In this document: piece after piece, positions 16,690 through 30,330 of the stretch
How the letters are laid out: every line of letters begins with the position of its first letter
Numbering within the stretch: the stretch's first letter is position 1
Assembly (NCBI GenBank): GCA_951406725.2
Contig: OX597815.1
Span: 200,942,001 to 201,006,000, forward strand
Direction of reading: 5' to 3'
DNA: 64,000 nt
Source: Octopus vulgaris
Lineage: Eukaryota
The notes under the pieces: generated by a model
What the model saw: the letters and a program-made list of their open reading frames with translations, nothing else
Database searches by the model: none
What the model was told of the DNA's origin: nothing
Made by a program: the position numbers and the translations under genes

Positions 16690-16888
16690 TAATAACAAAA
16701 ACACCAGGACTTACAAACACATATAACATACAGAAAATTGCACTACTAGGCACTGCACACATCCTACGCAGAACACTTTCCATACAATAACCATCAGAGC
16801 ATCACAACAAATCACAGCACATACGCAAGGCACACAGAGCTGCGCTCGGTAGTGAAGTGAGAGCACGCTATAAAAATAAAATTACTGA
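16690..16888 (+). mobile_element. Extreme 3' fragment of R4/Dong-like LINE family 1 inside (AAT)n
   Basis: Encodes ITKTPGLTNTYNIQKIALLGTAHILRRTLSIQ* plus 3' UTR; nearly identical to the ends of 21413-21899 and 22002-22349; (AAT)n on both sides. Confidence 0.85.
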
Positions 16889-16897
16889 ATAATAATG

Positions 16898-16970
<73 letters not shown>

Positions 16971-16972
<2 letters not shown>

Positions 16973-18981
16973 TATGCATTCATGGAGAAGAACGATATTT
17001 TCCCCATTGAACAAAAAGGGTGCCGCCGAGGCTCTTACGGATGCAAAGATCAACTGCTAATTAATCGTATAATCCTTGAGAACTGTCACAACAAGCGCAG
17101 AAATCTCAGCTCCGCATGGATTGACTATAAAAATGCCTTCGACAGTATACCGCATCCATGGATCTTGAGATCGCTGGACATCTTCAAAATGTCCCCGGTG
17201 ATTTCAAACTTCCTGAAGCACAATATGTCGTTGTGGAATACGAATCTCCAATTATACCACTCTAATGGTGTACTTGCCTCAGAAAATATAAACATCAATT
17301 ATGGAATTTTTCAAGGTGACTCACTTTCACCTTTAATATTCTGCATAGCCCTAATACCCCTTACAAGTGAATTAAACAGAACAGGGTATGGGTATAAAAT
17401 TGCCAATAAAAAAATAAGCTATCTATTTTTATGGATGACTTAAAACTTTATGGTAAAGACAATAATGAACTTGAAGGCCTATTGCGCACTGTGAAAGCAT
17501 TCAGCGATGACATCGTGATGGAGTTTGGACTTGAGAAGTGTGCCAAGGCCACTTTCCAGAAAGGGAAAGTGAAGACCACAAATTCAGTCGTGTTAGATGT
17601 TGACACAGTCATAAGAGAGCTTGAGCAAGAGCAAACATACAAATATTTAGGGATAAATGAAGGCTCTGGTATTCAGCATGCAAGCATGAAAGAGAAGATC
17701 AGGGAGGAATGTTATAGAAGAGTTCGTGCAGTCCTGAAATCTGAACTAAATGCACGTAACAAGGTGCTAGCTATAAATACCTTAGCAGTTCCAGTTGTTA
17801 CTTATAGCTACAATGTGTTGAACTGGAATATGAGTGAAGTAAAGAATATAGATAGGAAAATACGCAAGCTGCTGAGTTGTAATAGGATGCACCACCCAAA
17901 GGCAGACGTAGATCGCCTTTACCTTCCCAGAGCCCAAGGAGGTCGAGGCCTGATCCAATTTGAACTAGCTTACAAAACAACCACAATTGGACTGGCCAAA
18001 TATCTCGAAATATCGAATGACTGGATGCTAAAGCTCGTGGAAAATCACGAGAGACGAAAGAAGCTTCATTCTATCATAGAGGAAAGCAAAAAATTTGCTA
18101 TTGATCTCGTACAGGATACCCAAACTGAACAACCCGAGGGAAGTACAGCAACTATTGTTGCAAAGAAGGTGAAAATAATGGCAACGAAAAAAGCGCACGA
18201 GCAATTGGCTGATAGGTGGGAGGAGAATCCTCTGCACGGCAAATATGTGGCCCGCAGCAAACAAGCTGATGTTGACCAGAAGCAAATCCATCAGTGGCTA
18301 CGGAGCTCAGGGCTAAAAGCAGAGAGCGAAGATTTCATCCTGGCTGCTCAAGATCAAAGCCTCTTAACCCGGAACTACCAGGCCAATGTGATGAAATATG
18401 GAGCAGACCCAAAATGCCGACTCTGCAACGACATGATTGAAACAGTGGACCACCTAATCTCTGGATGTAAAGTCTTATCACCAGTGGAGTATAAATTAAG
18501 ACATGACAGAGCTGGCCAATATCTACACTGGCTAATAAGTCGGCATTACAATATCAAAACTGCCGACAAGTGGTATAATCACCACCCTGAGGCTGTAACT
18601 GAAGGAGAAAATGTAACCATTCTGTGGGACTTTCCAGTACATACAGACGGAACCATCAAGGCCGATAAACCAGATATTGTTGTGAAAGACCAAAACAATA
18701 AAGTTTGCTTATTGATCGACATGAGCATCCCCTGTGATCATAATCTCTCAGCGAAAGAGTTTGACAAGCTCAGAAAATATAAAGACCTACTCATTGAAAT
18801 TGAGAAAATGTGGCATCTCAAGGCGGTTACAATACCAGTGATCGTAGGAGCACTAGGAATGATCAAGAAGGGAACCGAAAATTATATGAGAATGATCCCT
18901 GGCTTACCATCCCTGCAAGAAGTGCAAAAGATTGTCTTAACTGGTACATCACACGTATTGAGAAGAGCATTGTCGATGTGA
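16971..18981 (+). pseudogene. Reverse transcriptase, CCHC zinc knuckle and PD-(D/E)xK restriction-like endonuclease ORF with one frameshift
   Basis: EQKG, WIDYKNAFDS, GIFQGDSLSP, (F/Y)MDDLKL, YKYLG, CRLC..ETVDHLISGC, RHD, KPDIVVKD, KLRKY; a single 1-nt frameshift at ~17429 separates ORFs 16895-17443 and 17431-18981; N-terminus missing. Confidence 0.92.
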
Positions 18982-19157
18982 GAACTGTTGCTGCTCATGT
19001 ATTTTAATTTAACTTTTAAAAAAATATATATAAAAAAATGAACGAAGTATTGAGTTTGGTTTGAAGGCCTACCGGTGTGTACTATGAGTTTCTTTGCCCT
19101 AGGAGTCGGGAAGACACTCGGCAAGAAATGGAAGCAAATTTGAAAGAAGAAAAAAAA

Positions 19158-19158
<1 letters not shown>
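16971..19158 (+). mobile_element. 5'-truncated non-LTR retrotransposon of the R4/Dong (RT plus restriction-like endonuclease) type, family 2, inserted in (AAT)n
   Basis: RT and RLE coding region plus ~175-bp 3' UTR, with (AAT)n immediately 5' and 3'; Dong-group elements are known to target TAA repeats. Confidence 0.9.
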
Positions 19159-19198
<40 letters not shown>

Positions 19199-19829
19199 TT
19201 GCTGGACCTGTTCACGGAAAACATTAAAAATGTAAACATCTGTAAAGAGTGTACTGACGCTATGAGAAATGTTTGTATATTATGACCGACTGTCTTTACG
19301 TTCTGAGTTCAAATTCTGTCGAAGTCGACATTGCCTTTCGTCCTTTGGGCTCGAGAAATTGAGTACAAGTTATGTACTGGCTCGATCTAATCCCTGGCGC
19401 CATCCCCGTAAAAGTTTCAAACCTAGAAATGTATATTCTGACAGTTACAGAATATCAAAATTAATGTAAAACCAATGACTATATAATCCAACCAAAATAT
19501 CTGTTATACAAGCGTAAACGAAATTACTATTTAATCTTACAATACATCTTATATTTTCAAAGAACCTTCTTGGTTTAGTGGTAAGGAACGTTTTTCTGGT
19601 ATTCTTTAATTCTTTTACTTGTTTCGGTCATTTGATGGTGGCTTTGCTAGAGAATCACTCTTTAGTCGAAGAAATTGACCCCTGGACTTATTCCCTGTAA
19701 GCCTGGTGCTTATTCTATCAGTCTCTTCTGCTGAACAGCTAAACTACATGGACGCAAATGCACCAACATCGGTGTCAAGCAATAGTGGTGGTGGGACAAA
19801 CACACACACACAGATTTATATATATTTAC

Positions 19830-20234
19830 TCTCTCTTTTACTCTTTTACTTGTTTCAGTCATTTGACTGTGGCCATGCTGGAGCACCGCCTTTAATCGAA
19901 CAATTCGACCCCGGGACTTATTCTTTTGTAAGCCCAGTACTTATTCTATCGGTCTCTTTTGCCGAACCGCTAAGTAACGGGGACTTAAACACACTAGTAT
20001 CGGTTGTCAAGCAATGCTAGTAGGACAAAAACAGGCACACAAACACACACACGCATATATATATACATATATACGACGGGCTTCTTTCAGTTTCCGTCTA
20101 CAAAATCCACTGCTAAGGCTTTGGTCGGCCCGAGGCTATAGTAGAAGACACTTGCCCAAGATGCCACGCAGTGGGACTGAACCCGGAACCATGTGGTTGG
20201 TAAACAAGCTACTTACCACACAGCCACTCCAACG

Positions 20235-20238
<4 letters not shown>
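19830..20238 (-). mobile_element. Family-B CORE-type SINE (a diverged partial copy precedes it at ~19610-19810)
   Basis: Reverse-complement match to 57043-57457. Confidence 0.8.
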
Positions 20239-20287
<49 letters not shown>

Positions 20288-20854
20288 GATAGGCTTGTAT
20301 GTAGTAGTGATGGTGTCTGGTGCGATTTTGTGGTTTGCTGGTATGCCGAGAAAGCTCCAACACACAATCATACACATACATGCACAAACAAACACTAACA
20401 CATACGAGAGGGAGACAGACAGACAGCAAGTGTCAGATAGTTCACCTCCCACCCTCCCTCCCGCCTCTCTCTCTCTCTTCCTTTTTCCATTGACTAGAAT
20501 TGTTTTAGTTGTCTTCAAAAGTGAAATTGACATCCAGTATTTACTGTAATTATCTACTGATTGACGTATCTACTGTTTCTCTGTCTCTCTCCCTATCTCT
20601 CTCTCTCTCTCTCTCTCACATACACACACACACACTCTCTCTCTCTCTGACGCTCTTCTTCTCTGAAATATTTAAAAAGACAAAACGAACGCCGTCACCA
20701 CTCACTGTCTCTTTTACTCTCTCTTTCTCTCTCACTCCCTCTCTCATCTCTTACTTCCTCTCTGACCTCCTCTCTCTAGCTTTGCCACTTTATTGAAGTG
20801 TGACACACACCAAGGTACAATAAACAAAAAGTTAGCGTATTAATATTATTGGTG

Positions 20855-20914
<60 letters not shown>

Positions 20915-20917
<3 letters not shown>

Positions 20918-21372
20918 TCTGCTCAAATATTCTGCTCAATACCACAGATTTGCTTGTCAGTTGTTTGACCTTAACCAGTTGAGCATGTCCCTTAGTGGCT
21001 GACGATATGTGCATCTCTGATCACGAGCAGAAGTAGTGGGGGAGCATCATAGCCATGTGTTGAGAGGGATTCTTTGGGGTTTGAATAGTTCACCTCTGGA
21101 AACATGGGTGGTTCTTTCAAGATCCTTAAACAACCCTTATTCAGGGACCGTTTGAGCGGGATGGGCTACTCAACCTGAAGAAAATTCTAACTGGGCCCCA
21201 CTTGCAAGGTCATGTGCTGTTTATCTTGATATGAGATTACCATGTCGTGCACATATGGTTGTGATGCATGTGCCTGGTGTACCTTTATCAGACGGGTAGT
21301 CATGATGGGTATATTGGGCTTCGTATATTTTACCCCAGTGTCACTTTGATGGCATGAACTGCTCTCTCACTC
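20915..21372 (+). mobile_element. Non-coding repeat embedded in (AAT)n (probable Dong-type 3' UTR or Dong-mobilised non-autonomous element)
   Basis: (AAT)n directly on both sides; a second diverged copy at ~22800-23690; no ORF with recognisable motifs. Confidence 0.6.
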
Positions 21373-21412
21373 AATAATAATAATAATAATGATAATAATA
21401 ATAATAATAATT

Positions 21413-22445
<1,033 letters not shown>

Positions 22446-22464
22446 TAACTCTTATATAATAATA

Positions 22465-22725
22465 ATAATGCTCTTTGAAGTCAATACTTGTTGCAAAATG
22501 TCCAATGTACAAGCCTGGCTATATCGTTGTGGCGTCTCTTATATTCCTTCTGGGCTAGTGGCGTACATTGGCTGGTAATATGCCTTACGGGGACACCGTT
22601 TTGTCCACAGTTTCTGCACTTTTCACTTTCTGATATGTTGTCGATTCTGTATGTTATGTAGGTTGTTCTTAGTGCTTGCTCTTGGGCAGCACAGATTAGA
22701 TCCTCCGTTTCCGGTTTTAAATCAC

Positions 22726-22727
<2 letters not shown>
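22465..22727 (-). mobile_element. R4/Dong-like LINE family 3, internal fragment (zinc knuckle region)
   Basis: LKPETEDLICAAQEQALRT, KCRNCGQN...HITSQC, YKRRHNDIARLVHW; preceded on its own strand by (AAT)n. Confidence 0.85.
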
Positions 22728-22795
<68 letters not shown>

Positions 22796-22799
22796 CATA

Positions 22800-23692
22800 A
22801 ATGCCCTGATGAAGTACCAGGCAGTGGCTCTCATGGCTTCTGATCTTAAGTGATTGGAAGTGTTATCATGTACATTGTTTTGTCTTGGTATAAAAGATGG
22901 GCTACAGCAAATATTCTGCTCAATACCACGGATTTTCTTGTTAATTGTTTGACCTTAACCAGTTTAGCATGTCCCTTAGTGGCTGATCATATATGCACCT
23001 CTGATCACGAGCAGAAGTAGTAGGGAGCATCATAGCCATATGTTGAGAGGAATTACTTCGGATTTGGATAATTCACATCTGGAATTATGCAAACCCGATA
23101 TCCTTTACCATCCTTACACAACCCTTATTCAAGGATGCATTGTGCAGGATGGAATATTCCACCTAACGAAGGTTTATACTTGGCCCCCACCTTTAAGGTC
23201 ATGTGCTGTTTATTGTGATATAAGATCACCTTGTGACCCCCTTCGGTCAGACACTGACCATGGGTTTGCACCTAGAGAGTTACCCTCTGAAGCACAAGTC
23301 TGGGCAAGGTTGTTTTATGGAAGACCAGCAGTCGCCCATGCATACCGGCCTCCCCTCTCCACGTCACCGATGTTGTCCAAGGGAAAATCAAAGGGGCCGA
23401 TACAGCTTGGCACCTGTGACGTCGCAACTCATTTCTATAGCTGAGTGAACTGGAGCAACGTGAAATAAAGTGTCCTGCTCAAGAACACAACACGCAGCCC
23501 GGTCCGGGATTCGAGCTCACAACCTCACGATCGTAAGCTCGACGCTCTAACCACTGAGCCACGCGCCTTCATATAAGATCACCAAGTCACACACATATGG
23601 TTGTGATGCATGTGTCTGGTGTATCCTTATCAGACGGGTAGTCATGGTGATTATATTGGGCTTCGTATAAGTGTACTCCAGTGTCACTTTGT
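22800..23692 (+). mobile_element. Longer, diverged copy of the 20915-21372 repeat, interrupted by a SINE
   Basis: Colinear with 20925-21348 from AAATATTCTGCTCAATACCAC to CCAGTGTCACTTTG, split at 23230/23571. Confidence 0.7.
23231..23570 (-). mobile_element. tRNA-derived SINE (family C, tail 1) with 13-bp TSD
   Basis: Minus strand A box TGGCTCAGTGG, B box-like GCTCGAATCC, CORE-like TGTGTTCTTGAGCAGGACACTT; ATATAAGATCACC at 23218-23230 and 23571-23583. Confidence 0.85.
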
Positions 23693-24878
23693 TAATTATT
23701 CAGTTTCGCATTAGTTACATTTCGTCGTCAAAATACAGTTTTACAACAAATTTAATACAAGCTTTGACTGATTATCTAGGACAAAACTAAAAATATGTAA
23801 CGCTTGTTTTTTAACATGCATGTACATTTTGTAAGTAGAATAACTATACTGAAAATTGCAATTTATGTCAATATCTTATCCTGTATCTGTAGAAGGAAAA
23901 TAAAACTTGTAGATATTTCGTTCTGGGGAGAACTTCGTGGAAATTGGCTCAGATAGCTTAATTTTACTATTTAAGCATAAATTTAACAAATTATAGTAAT
24001 TACTATAGCGAAAGTGGTTGCTTACATTTACTACATTTCAATTCAATTCAATAAATGTAAAAATATGTAATAAAACGTTTAAACTGTGCTTCTGGGGTTA
24101 ATTTAGTTGATCATTCATACATTATAACATATGTCTAAAAGGATTGAAATTATTAATTTGTCATGTTAATATAATTAAGTAGAGTATCAATGTCCGCTGG
24201 GGAAATCGTCTCGTTTTGTTTCAAACACTATGTTAAATAAGGTTATTTAAACAATCTCATTTATGTCTGACAATAGCAATCAGTGACCTATTCTAAATTG
24301 TTTTCAACGAGAACTCTATTGATGATTCCTTCTATTATTTATCAAAATCAACCAAAGAATAGAAATTTTCGCCAAATCAAGATTTGGCAACCAGTAACTT
24401 TCTTTTCAATAAATTTGTTTCAATGCTTTTGACTTCTTTCATTATGACACCCTGCGAACTTTCATATAATTTCTATTTCTATGCGAAGTATAATGACAAT
24501 TCGAGTCTACAGCGTGTTACAGATAAAAATGACGCGTTTTCATGAGAAGAATTTTGCTTTGGTCAGCTCTTTGAAGGATAGCGGCCTAACTCTTCGTCTT
24601 GCAAATTTTATTTACACAGAAATTAATAAAAACAAAACTTATAGAATAGCTGAAATGGAAATTTGAGAATGAAAGATCAATATGCATCATGTGAAGATTC
24701 TACAGTCGTATTTAGCTGCCGTGGATTCCAAAAATATGCTACTTGTTCAGCAAGGAACATAATATATTCAAGCCTGGAGACATACATTTAAAAGCAATCA
24801 AACGAAGTTTACACCCATAATATTGACATAAATTCTTTCACGTGTTGAACTTCCAGCAACAGTAGTACCCAAGGGAGA

Positions 24879-24926
<48 letters not shown>

Positions 24927-25317
24927 AAGAGAGAGAGAAAGAGAAAGACAGAAGAAAGAGAAGAGGGAATCAATTGTTCTTTGACTCATTTTGTAAACAA
25001 GATGGATGAAAAAATTGCTATCGGCAATGAAGGAATGGTATAAAGAATATATATTTTGCCGGCCTGTACACACAACTACTAAAACATATGCTACGGTTAA
25101 AGGAATATTGTTCTAGCAAAACGATTAAAAAAACATGTCTTTGGTCACGAAAAACAGATGCCTTATTGAAATAATGTACCAATAAAATGTCCTAGTAGTT
25201 GCGGAAATTAGGTAGATAACAATCGGTCAAATATAAACCATAGATTGCATAGCGATCTAAATAAATTAGTTTTCAAATTACGACTGCATTTAGAATAATA
25301 GTTTACTTGATATCATA

Positions 25318-25579
25318 ATAAAAATAAAAAATGCGCCCTTTTACATCCTAGCAAGGTTCATGGGCCCAGTTTCCCAGTTTCTATGGCGTATGTGTTCCCC
25401 CAGATGCGCGGACGTCAGTCCATCGCAGCGTTACTCATTTTTGCCAGCTGAGTGGACTGGAGCAACGTGAAATGAAGCGTTTTGCTCGAGAACACAACGC
25501 GTCGCTCGGTCCAGGAATCGAAACCACAATCTTACGATCATGATGCTGACACCCTAAACGTTAAGCCACGCGCCTTCAC
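25318..25579 (-). mobile_element. tRNA-derived SINE (family C, tail 2) with 13-bp TSD
   Basis: Same head and core as 23231-23570 but a different 3' half; ACTTGATATCATA at 25305-25317 and 25580-25592; a diverged relative lies at ~63180-63420. Confidence 0.8.
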
Positions 25580-26159
25580 ACTTGATATCATAGAATACAT
25601 ATAATACTGATCAACATTAGATAAGCCTCGTAGTTGCGAAATAGCAGAAGCCACAATCTTTGAGACATCACGTGTGGTTTTGCGCCTAGACTTCAGATAC
25701 ACGTAACCTTTTGATTTTAGCAGTATGCATAGAAATTCCGCTGCCCATTTTGATGTAGGACATCGGCCATAATCTTCTTCAATCTCATTAAGAATATTCT
25801 GACATTTCCTTCATTATTTCTGCATTAACGTCGAGGAAAATCTTCTTCCAATATGTTCTCTTGTAGCTTGTTTCCTCATACTGGTTTTTGCAAAAATATT
25901 CTTGCCTATCATCATAGTTCATATTTCGTCTTCTCGAAAAATATCTCTCACGTGTTTCCGATAAGATTCATCTACCTATTACAATCTGAAGCCTCACGTC
26001 TTGCATTCATTCCTTTCCTCCAGGGGTAATGCTTCCCGTCGTTCTTGAGTTTCCTGTCGTTAATACTAATTCTTATTTCCTCTTTTTGCCCATTCCTCAA
26101 AATCGCTTGCATTTTCTGTTACTCGATTCAATCCTCTCTGTCATTTTTTTACGATGATT

Positions 26160-27121
26160 GCTCGCCATAAGACACCAAATCCGGAAATGAGGCCATCACC
26201 GAAGAGGAGACAAATGAACATCCATTGATGCTCTGATTATGCGGGCTGTCACCCCATCCTGCTGAAACCACACACATCGAATACGTTTTCGTCGTAATTC
26301 AGGCACTCACAGACAAGTTGTTTATCATCTCGATGTAACGCACGGAGTTCACAGTAACAGCATTTCCATTCTTGTCTTCCAAAAAGTAAGGATGATGACG
26401 GCAGCTTTACCAACAGCATACCAGACCGTCACATTTGAGCTGTTTAGTGATCTTTCGTGCAGTTCTCTCGGATATTCAAGAGCTCAATAACGACAGTTCT
26501 GTTGATACATCATGCCACTGAGGTGAAAAATGAGCTCCATCACTCGATTACAAAATGAGGTTTTCAATTGCCTCAAAAATTGATTCCATTTGATGTGCAA
26601 ACTTAAACCGATGTGGATAATCCCATGGCTTCAACTATTGCCCAGTGACCAATTTGTACTGGTGGAAATGCAAATCTTCATGCAAAATCGACTTACCCAT
26701 CGATTACCGATGCCAAGATGGAATGCCACCGAGCAGAGCGATTCAGACTCCGCATCGAAGATTGTCTGACGCATTCCACATTTTCCGGGATTCCGTGCCT
26801 ACCCCACCACCCATCTCCTATTCATTAGTGTACCTCGTGCATTCACCCAACGTAAACTTGTGTTACGGGTTGGGACAGCCTAATTTCAGTAAATTCTGAA
26901 GTGGAGCCGAAACTCGCGCTGAGCGGCTGTGACAGACTCGTTCTTCTTTACGTAACCGTCGTGGGCAAACGCGATGCTCTATCGTCCATAATTCCATGGC
27001 TTTATTTGAACAAAAAAATAAAAGACATCCTAAAACGCAATGGTACCTGTCGGACATATGTCCCTACAATTGGGGCTAATACCCATTTCACAAACGTCCG
27101 TCCTCTCTGTCCAACCCATTC
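26160..27121 (-). pseudogene. Decayed Tc1/mariner-superfamily transposon with DUF4817-like N-terminus
   Basis: Minus strand MELWTIEHRV start (ATG at 26997), VTVWYAVGKAAVI..YFLED and VWFQQDGVTA motifs; many frameshifts and stops. Confidence 0.7.
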
Positions 27122-27147
27122 TATATATATATATATATATATATTTT

Positions 27148-27350
27148 TTCTACTTGTTTCAGTCATTTTGACTGCGGCCATGCTGGTGCACCGCCTTTAA
27201 TCGAGCAACTCGACCCCGAGACTTATTCTTTGTAAGCCAAGTATTTATTCTATCGGTCTCTTTTGCCGAACCGCTAAGTGATGGGGACATAAACACACCA
27301 CCATCAGTTGTCAAGCAATGCTCGGGGGACAATCACAGACACAAGCATAC
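27148..27350 (-). mobile_element. Family-B SINE, 3' half only
   Basis: Matches the 3' half of 57043-57457 and stops at the internal microsatellite. Confidence 0.8.
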
Positions 27351-27360
27351 ATGTACATAC

Positions 27361-27465
<105 letters not shown>

Positions 27466-27517
27466 GTGAAGGAAAGAAATTGAGCTGAACGGAGCTTCTA
27501 CAGAATTCCTTTTATTA

Positions 27518-27601
27518 TTTTCTACACATGTTTCAAAGGCCGCAAATTTCCAAATTCTGATTGAATAAGGAGACCATTTTGCAGCATTCTCTTCAGGAAA
27601 A
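27518..27601 (-). ncRNA. Type-I hammerhead ribozyme motif in a Penelope-like terminal fragment (27462-27766)
   Basis: Minus strand UUUUC-CUGAAGA-GAAUGCUGCAAA...UUUGCGGCCUUU-GAAA-CAUGUG-UA-GAAAA: canonical core, 5-bp stem I, ~11-bp stem II, GUA cleavage triplet; fragment flanked by (TA)n. Confidence 0.65.
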
Positions 27602-27765
27602 ACCTGCGGTCAAACCTGGTAGTGGATGAAATACTGAAAACCAAAGGGTGTGAATATATTCTGTATAACTAATGTTAATGTTCGGACTGTTTTGAGAAGT
27701 AAGGCTATCTTATATAGGTGTGGGGCCCTATAATCCTTAACAAGATAATTCATTTATCCATTTCA

Positions 27766-27811
<46 letters not shown>

Positions 27812-27857
27812 GCAGAGAGAGAGATACACAGAGAGAGACAGACAGGTAAATAGACAT

Positions 27858-27908
<51 letters not shown>

Positions 27909-27909
27909 T

Positions 27910-27949
<40 letters not shown>

Positions 27950-28701
27950 TTATATAAAGAAGCCTTTTTCCTTTCCACATATTTTAATACACCATATTCA
28001 GTTACAAACACTTCACATCGTATGTCTTCTGCATATTGGTTTGGAAAGATACTGACATATAATTTTCCAATGGAGAATTCTGACTTGATTTCTCTAACAT
28101 TTTTTTTCTTCTGGAAATAGAGCAAGGAGGTCGCGCAATGTCATCGCAATGCGGATAGATATTCAGCTGCAACTCATGGTAGAACTGGGATATAAAGATC
28201 ATGCACTTTATGTCATGTAAATCTCAAAATGATAAACAAGTAATCAACATTGTACTGTATACTATCTCTCCAGATATTCATAATGCCGTATCTGGTAACA
28301 TTTACTAAAATGTGAGAATGCAAGTATATCATAGGATGGTTTCAGATTCCATGTTCAACGTACAGATATTTAGCAGTTTGATTGCACGAAAAGTTACAGG
28401 AAATTGTATCTTAACTTCAAGGCACACTATCTTACTACATAACAACCGACGCGTATTTTCGGATGGAAATGAAACCTGTGAAGCTGTCTATGTAATATCT
28501 TCAAATGGAATACATGAAATTAAATAAAACAAAAGGAAAATGAAATGGTAGTAACGCATGTCAGCCTCTTGATTTCTTTGAATACATATATGTGTACTTG
28601 TACATGTAACACACACAACACACACACACATACTCACTCACACACATACACACACACACAGAGAAAGACACTATATCTATATCGCGTATCTGTATCATAT
28701 A

Positions 28702-29446
28702 TCTATTATATAAAATTCGTCCTGTCTGTCAGTTTGTGTGTCTTATAGGATCTCGGGCATTCTCCATCCGATTGCGCTCAAATTTGATATATAGATACCG
28801 ACGGTATGAGGTGGTGTATAAGTCTTGAAAAAAATTACAAAATCGATTCCAGGTGAGAATGCGATCGATAAAGCCGTTTTTGTCCTGCTTTTCTTCCGTC
28901 AACCTGTACATAACTGCACCTTCCATTTTTTGTTGTTTTTGTACTGCTTAAAGGCACGTTTCTTTCCTGCCAAGCTTACTATTTAAGCCATGTTTGTGTT
29001 CTCCCAGTCAACAGCCTTATCATTACTGGTACTTTAAACTCTTTGGTTGCATATTCGTGTGAATAAAATTGTTTTTCTTTGGAATAGAGAAAAAGTCTAT
29101 CTTTATGTCTTCTTTTGCTGGTGTCTCAAATTTAGGTTAAATCAGTGTTTTTGAAAGAGGAGACCTATGGGACGGTGGGACAAGTTAATGTTTGACAACA
29201 CAGCACTGTCCATTGGACGGGGGGCGTTTTGCTCGTGTATATCTATAGGGTAACCTACGTAACAGAGTTGGAAACTTGTTAAAGTTACGTATTTAGCAGC
29301 CCTTAAGATTTTTTACCCTCAGTGTAGTTTCACCAGACATATCTATTTCACTTGAAGAATTGCAGAGAAAGATGTAGGCAATTTATAAACACATTAAATC
29401 TAGAATCTCCACAGACCCGGAACACGATAACTGCCGTACTATAGTT
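28702..29446 (+). mobile_element. Probable non-autonomous Helitron-like element (3' end uncertain)
   Basis: A|TCTATTATATAAAATTCGTCCTGTCTGTC..TGTGTGTC start and GCTCAAATTT motif shared with the 5' end of the 10481-12028 element; possible decayed end near CTATAG-T at ~29445. Confidence 0.4.
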
Positions 29447-29932
29447 TTTAACATTTTATTTCTTATCTGTGCTGTGTATGCAGAACGTATTATAACGAGA
29501 GATTATTCTACGGGGAAATTACCTGTGCGAGCGTCCAATCACCGAATGCCAATCAAATCTCGCTTCTACGATATATAAAACATTAGTATCTTTTTCCGAC
29601 ACAGATGTCGCAAACAGCCGGCAAGCTTATTTATAACTCATATTTAAGGACGAAAGTAGTGTTAATATCTGAACCTAATCTTTATATCAAACTTAACATG
29701 CATGATTTATTAGGACAACGAATAATGCATTATTAGCCTTGAGAAATACTCTGATGTAGGCCTGTGGTTCATAAAAGCACACTCACAGAGCGTGGCAGAA
29801 GAGAACCATGTGACGGTCACCGGAAATGCGATATCACGTGATTGCATTGTAGTGGAAGTTATCCATGAGAAGCTTAAGGCACGAAATTTTAGGGGAGGGA
29901 GTCAGTCGATTAGATCGACTCCAGTACGCAAC

Positions 29933-30058
29933 GGGCATATGGTGTAGTGGTTAAGAGCGTGGGCTACTAACCCCGAGGTTCCGAGTTCGATTCAAGGCAG
30001 TGACCTTAATAATAACAAGAACAATAACGACAACAACAACAATAATAATAATAATAAC

Positions 30059-30099
<41 letters not shown>

Positions 30100-30330
30100 T
30101 AATAATAATAATAATAATAATGATAATAATAATAATAATAATAATGATAATAATAATAATAATAGTAATAATAACAACAACATCGAAAAATACCTTAGGA
30201 ATGAGAACACAGGGTCGAAATTTCCCCAAGACATCTGATGAAATTTGGACGGTATATCAGCCGAAACGTTGTGTTAACAACAAACAAGATGAGGACAAAT
30301 ATCCGTCAAATGTTAATAATGTAAATAATG
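29933..30330 (+). mobile_element. tRNA-headed element with internal (AAT)n and a hammerhead-like 3' module, inserted inside a family-A SINE
   Basis: A box TGGTGTAGTGG (29940-29950), B box-like GAGTTCGATTC (29983-29993), AAT-rich tract, GACAU-CUGAUGA...GAAA-CGUU-GUGUU (30230-30275), AATGT(T/A)AAT tail repeats; the host SINE sequence resumes on both sides. Confidence 0.7.

Noticed and set aside
16895-16970. Poly-isoleucine N-terminus on the RT ORF
   Set aside because: It is the flanking (AAT)n target read in frame, not part of the element.
29933-30000. tRNA gene (also the heads at 23500-23570 and 57043-57110)
   Set aside because: A/B boxes are present but the acceptor stem does not close and each continues into a repeat body, so these are SINE heads.
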